Source: the human T2T-CHM13v2.0 reference genome, Homo sapiens
Strand: one strand, 5' to 3'
Length of the DNA: 64,000 nucleotides
NCBI RefSeq assembly: GCF_009914755.1
Contig: NC_060934.1
In this document: positions 1 through 13,380 of the stretch, one piece after another
How positions within the stretch are numbered: the first letter of the stretch is position 1
Layout of the letters: each line of letters starts with the position of its first letter
Made by a program: the position numbers and the translations under genes
The notes under the pieces: model-generated
What the model saw: the letters and a program-made list of their open reading frames with translations, nothing else
Told to the model about the DNA's origin: nothing
Database searches by the model: none

Positions 1-497
1 GAGAGTTCCTTGTCAAGAACCCCATGGCTCTGTGCTGGTATGAGTTGAGTTGTGATAGCACTGATTATTTCAGATAATGATGAACAATAGGCAGGATGAG
101 TACAAATCATACCCTCCACTACAGGCCTGTGGCATCAGCGTAGGAGGCAGCCACTTAGCTTACTAGGAGGTGTAGCTCGTTGACATGCACCCCTTCTCTT
201 CCTCCTCTTCCATTTAGTGGTTCCTGGATGCTGTTATCCAATAACAGAAATAAAGTCTCCTGGCTCCCCAGTTTTGAGGAGAACTTTAAGTGCAATTGCC
301 CCTGAGGGAAGTAAAACATTGACCTAAACTGACATTGAGGCAAAGGTTTCCAGTGGATTAGGCCTCCAATTCTTAGCCTTCTAGAGCTGTTGTCTACTCA
401 GATTTAAATGAGCATTTAATATAGTCCATTAAAAGTCTGGAAGCAGCAAAAATAACAGTTGGGAGGCTCAAAGGTAAATGTTGTGGCTCCATTTGTT

Positions 498-862
498 TAT
501 TTTTTTAGAACTTTTTTTTTTTGGTTTGGGGTTATACGTGCATGTTTGTTATATAATTGCGTAGTGGTAAGTCTGGGCTTTTGGTGTACCCATCATCTAA
601 ATAGCGAACATTGTACCCAAGAGGTACTTTTTCAACCCTCACCCCTCTCCTACTTTTTCCCCTTTTTGAGTCCCCAGTGTCTGTTATTACTTTGTGTCCA
701 TGTGTACCCATTGTTTAGCTCCCACTTACAAGTAAGAACACACAGTATTTGATTTTCTGTTTCTCAGTTAATTCACTTAAAATAATGGCCTCAAGCTCCA
801 TCCACATTGCTGCAAAAGACATGATTTCATTCTTTTTATGGCTGCATAGTATTCTATGGTGT
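498..862 (-). mobile_element. L1PB-like LINE-1 3' UTR fragment
   Basis: T-rich tail, then L1 3'UTR reverse-complement motifs (CCCATTGTTTAGCTCCCACTTACAAGT, GCTGCAAAAGACATGATTTCATTCTTTTTATGGCTGCATAGTATT). Confidence 0.85.
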
Positions 863-2490
863 TGTGTTTCTATGTGTGTGTTTCAAAGGTAAAATTTTAA
901 GACAGTGTGAAATAAAATAATCATTTGCCTTTCAATGAGATTGAAAGAATGAAACACACATTCCTGTGAAAAGAATTTGAGAACCAGAGTAAGAGTGGGA
1001 GGAAACGGAGAGCAATCATTTAGACACTGGCTGCAGGAGGGGACCACAATGCTGACTGTCTTAGCTTCACTTCACTGTCCTTTGTAAAAGCAGTGCCACA
1101 GTCTAGGCTTGCTTTGGCTAGTCTGTCACTGACGTTTTTCTCAGCCTGTCAGTTTCTCTTCTGAGTTGTCTATGTAGCACCCAACACAGCATCTCTAGCA
1201 GGAGGAAAACCATGTTATTTCCTTCATTTAACCTTAAGAACAAAGGTCACCCTGCGGGTAACTTGTCTTCTACTAAGACAGCCTGTGAGTTTACAGTGAC
1301 GTGTGACAGCCAGCCAAAAGTCTTAATGGAGACCTTGCTTTGACTGAGCAGAATTCCCCCAGGGGCTGCATTAGCCTCCCAGACTGCAGGGCACAGGCAG
1401 TTCTGGGGATTCTCTGGGTCAGTGATAAAGAAGTTGTCATACTGAATCAATCCCAGAGCACAGACAGCCGATGAAGTACATGAGTTTATATTGGCAATAA
1501 AGGCGACAAAGGCTATCATAGTTTACCGTGTTGTTTTTTTGTTTCTGTTTTTGTTTTTTACTAAGTGCTTTTCTGTTCCAAAAAAAAAAAAGTAAAAGAT
1601 GCTCTCCTTTTTTGTCTTACCTCTGCACCCCACAACTTGCCTTATTAACGTGCATGGGGGTCTGTGGATTTTTTGGAGATGAAAGCAAGGGGGAGTGAGA
1701 AGTGTATAATAAGAATGATTGAATTAGAGGACCGGGGCTAGAATGGAGGGGTAAGTGAGGGGTGCCCAAAGGCTACAGAATATCCTGGGTTGTTGGGGCA
1801 CCAGGCAGGCTGCTGGAGAAATGTCTGGTTCTAAAATAGCACTGTCCCTCTCGATTGGCATGTACCCTAAGAGAGAAAAAACATCAGCCAGATTCTCCAC
1901 ATAGACTAATAAAAATATGACTTGTTCTCTCCCTTTTCTCATTCTGTTTTTTACACACTGGGAAGGTGGACAATCCCATGGGGGAGTCTCTTTGGGGGTT
2001 GGGGGAGAGCAGGGAACTACTTCCTTCTCCTTCTACCTGTTGTCCTCACACAGGGAAGGCATGGCTGGCTGTTCTTATTCATTCAGCTCTTCCTCTACGT
2101 AACCAGCATGTACCTGGACCCTCCCTGGAGCCAGGTGGCTCCTAGGTGCCAGGGGTGTTGCAGAAACACAGAGGCATGCCCTGCCCTTGGGAGAAAGGGA
2201 CCCAGCCTTACCATGCTGTGCTAAGTGAGAGAGGAGAGGAAACTCAACCTAGTCTGGAGGCCAAGTAAGACTGTCCAAGACAGGGGATACAGAAGCCAAG
2301 ATTGGAAGGATGAGTGGGCCTTGGTCATTCTTCCAGGCAGAGGAAGACTCTTCCAGGTGGAGGAAACTCACCTTTAGAGGCAGAGTGCAGCTTACAAAGA
2401 GGGCTGCACAGGGGTGTGATGGGCCACATCTGAGGTCAGTCACCAACATGCACAATTCCACCTTTTTCCTTGACATTGGTTTAGAATACT

Positions 2491-2923
<433 letters not shown>

Positions 2924-3199
2924 TAGGTCCATGGCAATTCTCCTTTTCAGTTAAGTTCATCCCCCAAAGAAGGAAATCACTGCTGGGCAAGCTGCCAGTC
3001 TTGATGTGCAACATTCACTTCCAGCTGCCTGTGGAGCAGGACTGTGGACATTTGTAGATGCTGGGATGCTCAAGGGAGATTTTGGGTGAGTAGATGTAGG
3101 TTTGAGAGTCACTAGATCTATTGATTTATTGAAGAAATAAGATCTATCTGCAGGAATGCCTAGAGTGAGAAGAAAAGAAATTATAGACCCGACCTGTGA

Positions 3200-3310
3200 C
3201 AGAAGAAAGAGAACCCTACAAGAAATAAGAAAAGAAAAAAGAAGAGGGAAGAAAGGAAAGAAAGGAGGAAAGGAAGGAAGAAAGGGGTGAGGAAGACAGA
3301 AAAAGATCAA
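3200..3310 (+). repeat. GA-rich polypurine low-complexity tract
   Basis: AAGAAAAGAAAAAAGAAGAGGGAAGAAAGGAAAGAAAGGAGGAAAGGAAGG. Confidence 0.8.
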
Positions 3311-3624
3311 GGGGAGGTTGAAAATGACAAACATGAAATTGCTCAGAAACAGAACAAGCGGTCAATGCTACAAAGAGGTCATGTAGCTAAGAAAAAAGAA
3401 GAGGTCCTTGGATTTAGAAATAATTGGATCTTTAGCAACCTTGGCAAAGGCAGTTGCAGCGGTTGTCATGAGCTGAGATGTAGATGGGAAAACAAGAGTT
3501 TACCAGTGAGGGAGATGTGGGGGGGAGGGAAGTCGTGGATGTTTCATACAGGCTTTTTGTTATTGTTATTGTTTTAATATTGTAGAGATTTGGATATGGT
3601 AAAATGCTATTAGGAATAGAAAAA

Positions 3625-3851
3625 GGAGATGAGGGGAAAACTGATGAAATCCAAATAAAGTGTGGTGTTTAGTTCACAGTATTCTACCAACATTGTTTCC
3701 TTAATTTGGGCTGATACACCAAGGTAATGTACCAAGATACCATGTGCATGCTAGGGAAAGATGGGTAAGGGTATATAGAAATTCTCTGTACTATTTCTGC
3801 AACTTTTCTGGAAATCTATAGCTATTCCAAAACAAAGGGTTTACTTTAAAA
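3625..3851 (+). mobile_element. L1MC-like 3' end
   Basis: GGGTAAGGGTATATAGAAATTCTCTGTACTATTTCTGCAACTTTTCTG matches old L1MC/ME 3' terminus. Confidence 0.75.
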
Positions 3852-4855
3852 TCAGTTATTGGGAAGGTGCTTCTAGAGATGGAATGGTAACCTAGGGCAG
3901 AGAAAGGTGCAAGACTGGCAGGAAGGCAGGGCCGATGACCAGACCCAGGAGGAAAGTTTGGGCAGAGAGGAATACCTTTGTAGAATTGCCTGTGGGAAGT
4001 TCAAAGCCAGCTCGTAGACAGTATCTGCTTTCTCTGTCAAGGAGAAGGTCCTATCATTGGTTAATATGGGGGAAGGGAGAAGCACAAGATTTAGGAGGTG
4101 GAAATTCTTTTAAAAACCGTGTTATAATGGCAGGGAAAGAATACCTAGGGCAATGCTTAAGAATGTCAGAATGCCAAGGATGGGCTTTTAGGTACTTTCT
4201 TGGCTGCCAGTTATCAATATTCTATCTGTCACTTTAAAATATTCAGCCTCCGGTTGCATATGCCACAGTCCAGGTTAATACTGTCAGATTGTCTTCTTGC
4301 CCTATTCCAAGGAAAAAATTAAACTGAAAGCAGCCTTCTAGATTGACTGATGTCCAATGAGGGTGAGCTGAACTTTCAGTTGTCTAGATTTATAGTAACA
4401 GACACAGACACATCCATAAAATTCTCTAACCTCATTTCAATTACGGCTTTCAAAGGTAAGTTAAGGCCATATTTGAATTTGCACTCTATTGTTCATGCTT
4501 TGCCTGTCTTACTCTGGCTCTAAGCAAATCTTCCTCATCCTTCACAGCCCGGCTCAGTTGGTTCCTTTTCTGCAATCCCACCTCAGGCAATGTGTCTCTT
4601 CCTTCCTGGTGCATTCACACCACTTTATATCTTCTTCAACTAGAGGTAGTGTGGATCTCACTGAATTGCAGTCGCTTGCTTGTTTATTTAATGCTCTGGT
4701 AGTGCTAGATTAGAATAAATACATAGTACCTTTCAAACACTAAATATGAAAGTATTTCCTTGTAAAGGTCACTGTAAGTGGTGATTGGAGAGTTTCTTAT
4801 TCATGTAGCCTACATATGCTAGCACCCAGATACATTTTATTAAAAATGTTTGGCT

Positions 4856-5188
<333 letters not shown>

Positions 5189-6181
5189 TCATTTCCTTTC
5201 CTTTCCCTCCTTTTTTCTTCTTATAGAATATAATATACACATATCAGTTGGACTACGCCAACATTTTCGTGTTTTAACATATTTTATTATGCTCCCACTT
5301 CATTTTAGTGCGTTAATGACACTCTGGTGGCTATCATGACCAAATTAAACAAGAAATGGTAGAGGAAAACTGAGATAAAGACAGCATTGCACGCAGACCT
5401 CCACTGAGTCCATATTCAGAATGGAAGTCTTGCTGAATTGCAATTTCCAAAACCATGGTCCCTCACTCAGAAGGAACCACTCTCATTTCAGTCCAGAGAG
5501 CTTCTAGGGCAGTAGGGCATCTGAGACAAGGGGATACTCAGGTTCTTACTCCTCACTCTGAAATTCTCAGATTGCTTGTTCTGTGAATACTTGGCAGCAA
5601 GCCTAGGGCCTTGTGAAAAGAGGGCAGTGGAAGAAGGAAATGGAGACTCTGGACTGATGTGGGAGCAGCGGCCACAGAGGAAGAGGTGGTGAGATGCAAT
5701 AACAGATTGGAGATCTGGAGCAAGAACTCTGACTGTGCGAGTGAAAAGTGACTATAGTTTTAGTTTGGAGATGTCATTTCCCAGAGCTAGTGTGCTGCAG
5801 GCAATATGAAAGGTCAATGCAAAAGAGTCAGCCAGAGAGTTCCAGGAAGGTAACACAGGGCTCTCCCCAGCTGTCCAGACAGCTGTCGCTGACAAATGGT
5901 GTCTGTTTCTCGCTCCCACAGCACATCCTATGTGCTAAGTATGACCAGCAAGGGAAGATGAGAAACCACTCTCAATGCCTAAAGCTGTGAAGGGCCTATG
6001 ACCCTTTGTCTTCCATTTAGAGAGGTATGATCACTTGAGTACTTTGCTTTAGGGTTTGTGGGATGTATTATGTATGTTCGTATAGAGAGATGTATGGAAT
6101 GAACAAGACCAGTTTTAGCTTAGATGCATTTAAATAGGATTCATGTTTACAATTGAAAGGCAAGACATTTTTTATCCCACA

Positions 6182-6459
6182 ATTTTTTTTTTAAGAGACA
6201 GGATCTTTCTCTGTCACTCAGGGTGAAGTGCAGTGGTGTGATCATGGCTCACTGCAACCTCAAAGTCCTGTGCTCAATTGATCCTCCCATGTCAGCCTCC
6301 AGAGTAGCTGGGACTTTTTTTTTTTTTTTTTTTTTAAAGAGATAGGGTCTTGCTTCATTCCCCAGGTTGTTCTCAAACTCCTGACCTCAATAAAGTGATC
6401 TTCCTGTCTTAGCCTCCTAAAGTGCTGGGATAACAGGCATGAGCCGCTGTGCCCTACCC
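6182..6459 (-). mobile_element. AluJ with internal deletion next to an expanded central A-tract
   Basis: Reverse Alu; GTAGCTGGGAC runs directly into a long T run. Confidence 0.9.
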
Positions 6460-6891
6460 TTATCCCACAATTCTTAGAGAAAACAAAACAAGCAAAACAA
6501 GAGGCTAATGAGAAATTGGCTCATCTCCATGTGAAAAATAAACTTTGAAACCACTAGTCACAAGTGGATCTTGTTCTGAGAATGAAGCATAACTGATGCT
6601 TGACCTGCCCTTTCGGGAAGCTGTGTTTAGCCGTGATAACCTTTGCATGCAGTCTGCTGCAGTGCTGGGTCACAGCTGAGACCCCTTGGGAATGTCACCA
6701 TTCCCACGGTAGCTCCAGTAGGAAGGCTACTGTGAATGCTTGCGCTGTCATAGACCTGCTGTCGGCATCAGGCTGTTACCAGCTCCTGCTAAGACAAACA
6801 CAGTGAAGTCCAGCATGTACCCAGCACTGGATGGACCATGAATAATTTCATACCCACAGATAGTGGCAATAGTGTGATCTTTAAGAATTAA

Positions 6892-6896
<5 letters not shown>

Positions 6897-6930
<34 letters not shown>
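6897..6930. repeat. (CA)n microsatellite
   Basis: About 16 CA units flanked by short TA runs. Confidence 0.95.
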
Positions 6931-6936
<6 letters not shown>

Positions 6937-7420
6937 GTAAGTGACAATAACAGCACCCCTTTTTCCTCCCCAGTAAATCATCCAGAGAGCAAGTTTGCTG
7001 ACAGCAGATGCCAAGACAATTGTCTTTGCACCTCCAGGGCTGCTACAGAGTCAGAGCCAAGTCCCTAAGCCTAATTAGATGTCTCCCCATACAAGGCTTA
7101 AACAAGCACATGGGGAAGCCAGGTCTCTGATGAGTAAAGAAAGAGAACACAGGCTATATCAGGGTCATGTGGACAGGCATTGGTCACAGATACAGATGAC
7201 TCATTTTCAGTCTGAGATGTTGAAAGAAATGGAAATGACTCCCCCATCTCCCAACCTCCAGCCCCACATTCAGTGTCTATTGTCATTGGTTTGGGTCTGT
7301 CTGGGTGAAGGCTTATCTCATCAGAGAGGAATCTGAGAGTCTCTAATAAGGAAGGTGGCAAATGTCAAGTGTTAGGTGTGCATGTTTGAAGCTAGGGTCA
7401 TTTTTTTTTTAAGTTATTTA

Positions 7421-7814
<394 letters not shown>

Positions 7815-8926
7815 TCATTCATTCATTCATTCAACAATATTCATTCATACATGCCAAGTGTGCAGGCACTGTCTTATGCTCTGGGAGCAGATGACAGTGT
7901 TCATTAACACAAGGCTTTAGTTCCAAACCCTATTCTTTCGGTGCTACCCAAAGAGAGCTGACCTGAATCTAGAGGAGCCTCTTCAACTAGAACGACTGCA
8001 AAATTCTGCCCCATGACACCTTTCTCCTTGGCCACCTAGTTCCTTCCTTCCTGACCTTCTCCAGGACACAGTACTTGCTTGAACTTGTTGACATCTCAGA
8101 CACAATTTTTACAGGGCACAATCCAGAAAGAGAGGGCTTCCAAGAAATGCCAATCCCAGGGTCAGTCCTCCAAGAGAAGATTCCAGAATGGGTGACTTAA
8201 AGAGGCTTTGTCATGTGGACTCTGAAGTCATTGACCCTTTGCTCCACACCCAGCTACTCAAGGACAAAATGTCCTCAGCTTTGACCCTCTTCTGCAACAC
8301 AGTGACATTTAGGTTTTTTTGTTTGTTTGTTTGTTTTTGTTTTTGTTTTTGTTTTTCCTGCCCAGCACACCTTAAGGAGGACTCAGGTAAAAGGAGAGGG
8401 ACTAGAAGCCCTTTTGTAGGGTTTCATTTGTGACCATGGAGATCCAGCTTCAGAGGTAGACATCGGACACTTTTGCTTTAGTCTCTGGTCATCCACTTTT
8501 AGCTTCTCTGTCCTTTCTTTTGGTAAGGTCGCTGACTGGCTAGATTGATTAAAGTGTATTCTATTTCTGGACTGATAAAATTTTGTTTTGAAGGCAACCT
8601 GAGCTTTTTGGGTGGACATAGGATTCACTGGTCTCCTTGAGGTCTTTCAGGTTAATGACTTGTGGTGCGTCATCAGATCACATTAGACTTGGCCTTAGAA
8701 TGATTAGATACCAAGCTTATAAGAATCTTTGAAGACATTAAGGCTAATTCCTTCTTTTGTCTCTCTATTTATCTCTTAAATCCCCTCTGCCACACTCTGA
8801 GATATAGTTGTCTGACCTCCTTTTGAACAGTCAGTGACAGGGACTTCTCTGTCTCAAGATGGCCCAGTCAGTCCACTGATAGCTCTAATGGACAGAGTTC
8901 TCCTGTGATGGGAACCTGGTTTCAGC

Positions 8927-9280
8927 TGATATGGCCTGGCTGTGTCCCCACCCAAATCTCATCTTGAACTGTAGTTCTCATAATCCTCATGTATCATGGA
9001 AGGGACACAGTGAGAGGTAATTGAATCATGAGGGAGGGTTTTTCACATGCTGTTCTTGTGATAGAGAATAAGTCTCATGATTTTATAAAGAACAGCTCCC
9101 CTGCACACACTCTCTTGCCTGCCACCATGTAAGAAGTGCCTTTGTTCCTCCTTTGCCTTCTGCCATGATTGTGAAGCCTCCCTAGCCATGTGGAACTGTG
9201 AGTCCATTATACCTCTTTTTCTTTATAAATTACGAAGTCTCAGGTGTTTCTTCATTGCAGTGTGAAAATGGACTAATACA
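8927..9280 (+). mobile_element. THE1 (MaLR) solo LTR
   Basis: TGATATGG..GCTGTGTCCCCACCCAAATCTCATCTTGAA through GGACTAATACA; flanking CAGC direct repeat. Confidence 0.92.
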
Positions 9281-9998
9281 CAGCTTATATTAAACTTTTT
9301 GTTTGTTTTAAAGTCAAAACATCACTCTCTTTATATAGAACCATTTCAACAACTGGCAAATTTGTCTCTGGTGAAGTGCATATGTTGGGATTTCTATACC
9401 CAATAGAAAATGAATGATTTCTCTTAGGGATTTGGTCAGGGACACAGAACACCCCTTTCCTGCAGCTGGAGCTCAAAACAGACAACTGTGGGCTCATTGA
9501 AGTCCTATTTTCTGATCCAGTGAGAAGATTCCATCAGAGAGAGAACTTGTGTTTTCCTGACTCCATCTGCTTGAATAATTTAGCTTAAGATTCCAGCACA
9601 TTGTTGTCACTTCCTTCTCTCATGGTTGGTGTTGCCTATCCTCTCTTGTACTGATATTTTAGGGCCAGTGCAAGGCCATATTTCTTAAGCTTCACCAAAT
9701 ATTTCTTAAGCTTTGCCAGGGAAATGAGAATCCAATCAGTAGAAGGCTCAAATAGCCTCTGTTCAAAATGTGTGATACTTTGAGTTGGGGGCTGAGCATG
9801 TTATTCTTTCTGCAGGCCCATGAGTTTCTTCGGGGAGGGTGTTCAGGGATGAGCAGGTGCACCCCCCTGGCTGTTTGGTTGCAGGTTAGTGCCCATTGTC
9901 TTTTCAGAACAGAAGCCCCATGAACATGGTTCATAGTTAACCACTCCTAGCATTATTAGCAAAACAGTGCTGTTTGCCAGGTTGTGGCTGTGTGGACT

Positions 9999-10868
9999 TG
10001 TAACATAATAAGAAATATATATTTGGTCTTCATCTCTTGTTCCTGACACAAGAGCTTGTAAGACCCTTGGAATCCTAGTAGTGATAAATGTGTCTTTTTG
10101 TGTGCTAATGGATGATTGGTGGCTGGGGCTCCTAGATAGCTTCAGGATGGGAGTTGCAGTTGCCAGAGGTACCAGCCATGTGATGAGAGTGTCAGAACTT
10201 TCACCCCCCACCCCCCACCAACAGCCTCCTGGGAGCAGAGAGTGGCTGGAGATGGCCAATAATTTAATCAATCATGACTACATAATGCAACCTCTGGCCA
10301 ATAATTTAATCAATCATGCCTGCATAATGCAACCTCTGTAGAAACCCTAAAAGAAGGGGTTCAGAGAGCTTTCAGGTTGGTGAACAAGTGGAAGTACCAG
10401 AAAGGTGGCATCCCCAGAGAGGGTATAAAAATCTCTGCACCAGCTCTCATACCTTGACCTCCATACCTCCTCATCTGACCGTTCATTTGTATCCTTTATA
10501 ATATCTTTTCTAATAAACCAGTAAATGTAAGTAAAGTGTTTCCCTGAGTTCTGAGAGCTGTTATAGGAAATTATCTAACCTGAGAAGGGGGTTATGGGAA
10601 TTCTCATTTGGTAATCAAGTCAGACCTAAGTCTGGGTGACATGGGGACCCTCTCTTTGGAATTGGCATCTGAAGTGGGAACAGTCTTGGGGGACTGAACC
10701 CTTAACCTGTGGGGTCTGTGCTAACTCAGGTAGTTAGTGTTAGAATGAAACTAAATTGTAGGTCACCCAGTTGGTGTCTACAGAGAACAGGAGAACTCCT
10801 GGGTATGGAAAATCCACACATTTGGTGTCAGAAGTGTAGTGAGCATAGAAAAACAATTTCCTTTTTAA
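9999..10868 (+). mobile_element. MER21-family LTR
   Basis: Starts TGTAACATAATAAGAAATATATATTTGGTC; internal AATAAACCAGTAAATGTAAGTAAAGTGTTTCCCTGAGTTCTG. Confidence 0.8.
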
Positions 10869-11107
10869 TGTCTTTGACTCAAGAGTGGAGAACATTAGAA
10901 TTCAGCAGATCTTGAAGATTATAAGGGGGATGCTTTTAATGACAGAAAATGTTGCTAAGGAACATGGCGGCCTGAAATAAGGTAAAGGAAAACCTATCCA
11001 GAACTAGGCACACCAGCTACAAACAAAGGAAAGGATGATATAATACTTAAAAACAAACCAAAACAAAACCTAGTTTTGATGCATATTGTAAGGTAAACCA
11101 AGAAAGA

Positions 11108-11484
11108 CTTTTATTTTATTTTAATAGTTTTGGGGGAACAGATGGTGTTTAGTTACATGGATAAGTTCTTTAGTGGTGAGTTCTGAGATTTTGGCACACC
11201 TGTCACCCAAGCAGGGTACACTGTACCCAATGTGTAGTCTTTTATCCTTCACCCCACTCCCAGCCTTCCCCCCGAGTCCCCAAAGTCCATTGTATCATTC
11301 TTATGCCTTTGCATCCTCATAGCATAGCTCCCACATGTCAGTGAGAACATACAATGTTTGGGTTTCCATTCCTGAGTTACTTCACTTAGAATAACGGTCA
11401 CCGGTTCCATCCAGGGTATTTAGGCTCGTTCCATATTTTTGCAATTGCAAATTGTGCTGTTATAAACATGTGTGTACAAGTGTC
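11108..11484 (-). mobile_element. L1PB1-like 3' fragment with TSD
   Basis: L1PB 3'UTR (AGTTCTTTAGTGGTGAGTTCTGAGATTTTGG); TSD CCAAGAAAGAC(T/C)TTT on both sides; internal deletion near 11415. Confidence 0.9.
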
Positions 11485-11541
11485 CCAAGAAAGACCTTTT
11501 AAAATAAGAACTCTGTGCTCCGAATGGTGAGAAAGTCACAC

Positions 11542-12407
11542 TGTGGTAGGGTGGATAATGGCCCCTCAAAGATGCCTACATCCTTATATGGCAAAGGGAA
11601 CTTTGCAGCTGTGTTTAAATGAGGGGTTTTGAGATGGGGAGATGGTCCTGGATTATCTGGGTGGGCCCTAAATGTGATCACAGGCATCTTTGTAAGAGGT
11701 GGCAGAAGGAGATTTGACTACACACAGGATAGGGTGATGGAATGACAGAAGCAGAGATGGAGAGATGTGTCGGAAGAAGGAGGAAGGGGTTGCAAGCCAC
11801 AACAACAGGTCACCACTAAAAGCTTAAAAAGGCAAGGAAATGGTTTCTCCCCCTGGAGCTCACAGCAGTAACCAGCCTTGCTGACACCTTGACTCTAGCC
11901 CAGTGAAACTGACTTCAGACGTCTGACCTCCAGAACTGTAAGGGAACAAATCTGAGTGGTTTTTTGTTTGTTTTTGTTTTTTAAATTTGAGTATATTTAA
12001 TTTATTGAAAATTTTAAATTGGATATTATTTGTTGCTTTTATTTCCAATGGCAGTGGCATTTGGAAGTGAAATTTAAAATGTAGGATTAGGAAGTAGCTT
12101 TCACGTTTACCTTTATTTTTTGCAAATACCTATTCATATACATAGATTTTCAACTATGTTTTCATAGGATTTAATGGAAATTGTCAAAAATGTCTCAAGA
12201 TAATTATGATTTTTAAATGTTATATTTAGAATTACTGATCAATTTATGATCAAAACTGCAAACAATAATTGTAAATATTTTGAAGTTGGTGATACTGTAT
12301 TTTTCCCCACTATTTGCTACTCTGATTCTTTTTTTTTTTTTTTACTTTAAGTTCTAGGATACTGTGTTTGGGGTAATTTGTGGCGGCAGCAATGGGAAAC
12401 TAAGATA
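11542..12407 (+). mobile_element. MLT1D-like MaLR LTR, interrupted at 11960-12362
   Basis: TGTGGTAGG..ATAATGGCCCC start; CTGACCTCCAGAACTGTAAG; resumes GTTTGGGGTAATTTG..GGAAACTAAGATA. Confidence 0.85.
11960..12362 (-). mobile_element. Severely 5'-truncated L1PA with about 345-bp 3' transduction
   Basis: Minus strand: GTATCCTAGAACTTAAAGT (L1PA terminus), A15, unique DNA, AATAAA (12006-12001), second A-rich tail (11982-11960). Confidence 0.8.
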
Positions 12408-12669
12408 ACTGTCTTTACTTTTTAAAGTAATTAGAGGAAAGTTGATGAAAATCTTGGAGACTGATCAAAGGAAACTACAATATAACTACCAGAATGACCA
12501 AAGAACAAATGAAAAAGTCTAATCATGAAAATGAGGTGTGGAAGTGAATTTTAAGTCTTCTCTATAAGAAGAAAATGTAGGATTTTTAAATGCCTCTATA
12601 GTGTAAGAGGAAGATGTAAAGATGATACCGATTTTGTGACAAAATGAGAGCAGTAGAGTCTGAGTTATT

Positions 12670-12830
12670 TTAGAAGTAGTGACCTTAAGGTCACCTTATT
12701 TGTCCTGTCAGATGAGCAAAATTAGACATAGAGAACTCAAGGAAACGTTCAAAGTCAGACAGTAGGACCATAGCGAGCTGGGACCACACCTTGCTTCCTG
12801 CCTCCAAATTTCATGCCTCCAGCGCTTTTT
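12670..12830 (-). mobile_element. MIR/MIR3 relic
   Basis: Degenerate core CAGATGAGCAAAATTAGACATAGAGAA..CAAAGTCAGACAG. Confidence 0.5.
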
Positions 12831-13254
12831 CTCCTACTCCAGGATTAAAAAGTTTGCAAATAATCTGTATGAAAAAGAAAAGTGGTGCAGATGATTCAAT
12901 TGCACCTCAGTAACAGGCCTATATCCAGTCTCCTTTATGACACTGTTTCTGAGTCTGAACAAGGGAGCAGGAAGACATTACTGAAATTTGCAAATGCTAT
13001 TAAACTAGGATGTGGCGTTAGCTGTTATGGAAAAAAAAATAATGAATTTAGAAATATTCTTAAATTTTAGAAATTTTTAAAAGTAGATTTACTTAGAGAA
13101 AACTTAAAAAAAAAATCCAGTAGCCAAAATAGCATTATTTTGAGAGATCTGGAAACTTGGCCTGTTTTTCCCATTGTACAGAAAGGAAAATGTCTTTGAG
13201 GTGAAATATCCCAAATTTTTAGTCCCAAAAGTGTTCATATTACTTAGAAATGTG

Positions 13255-13380
13255 GAAGAAGAAGATGGAGAAGGAGGAGAGGAAGCAAGACAGAAGGAAG
13301 ATAGATAGGGAAAGAAGGAGAAGGAGGAGGAAAAACAGCAGCAATGTCAGTAGAAGCAGAAGGAAAAAATAAGGAAACAA
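13255..13380 (+). repeat. GA-rich low-complexity tract
   Basis: AAGAAGAAGATGGAGAAGGAGGAGAGGAAG... Confidence 0.75.
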
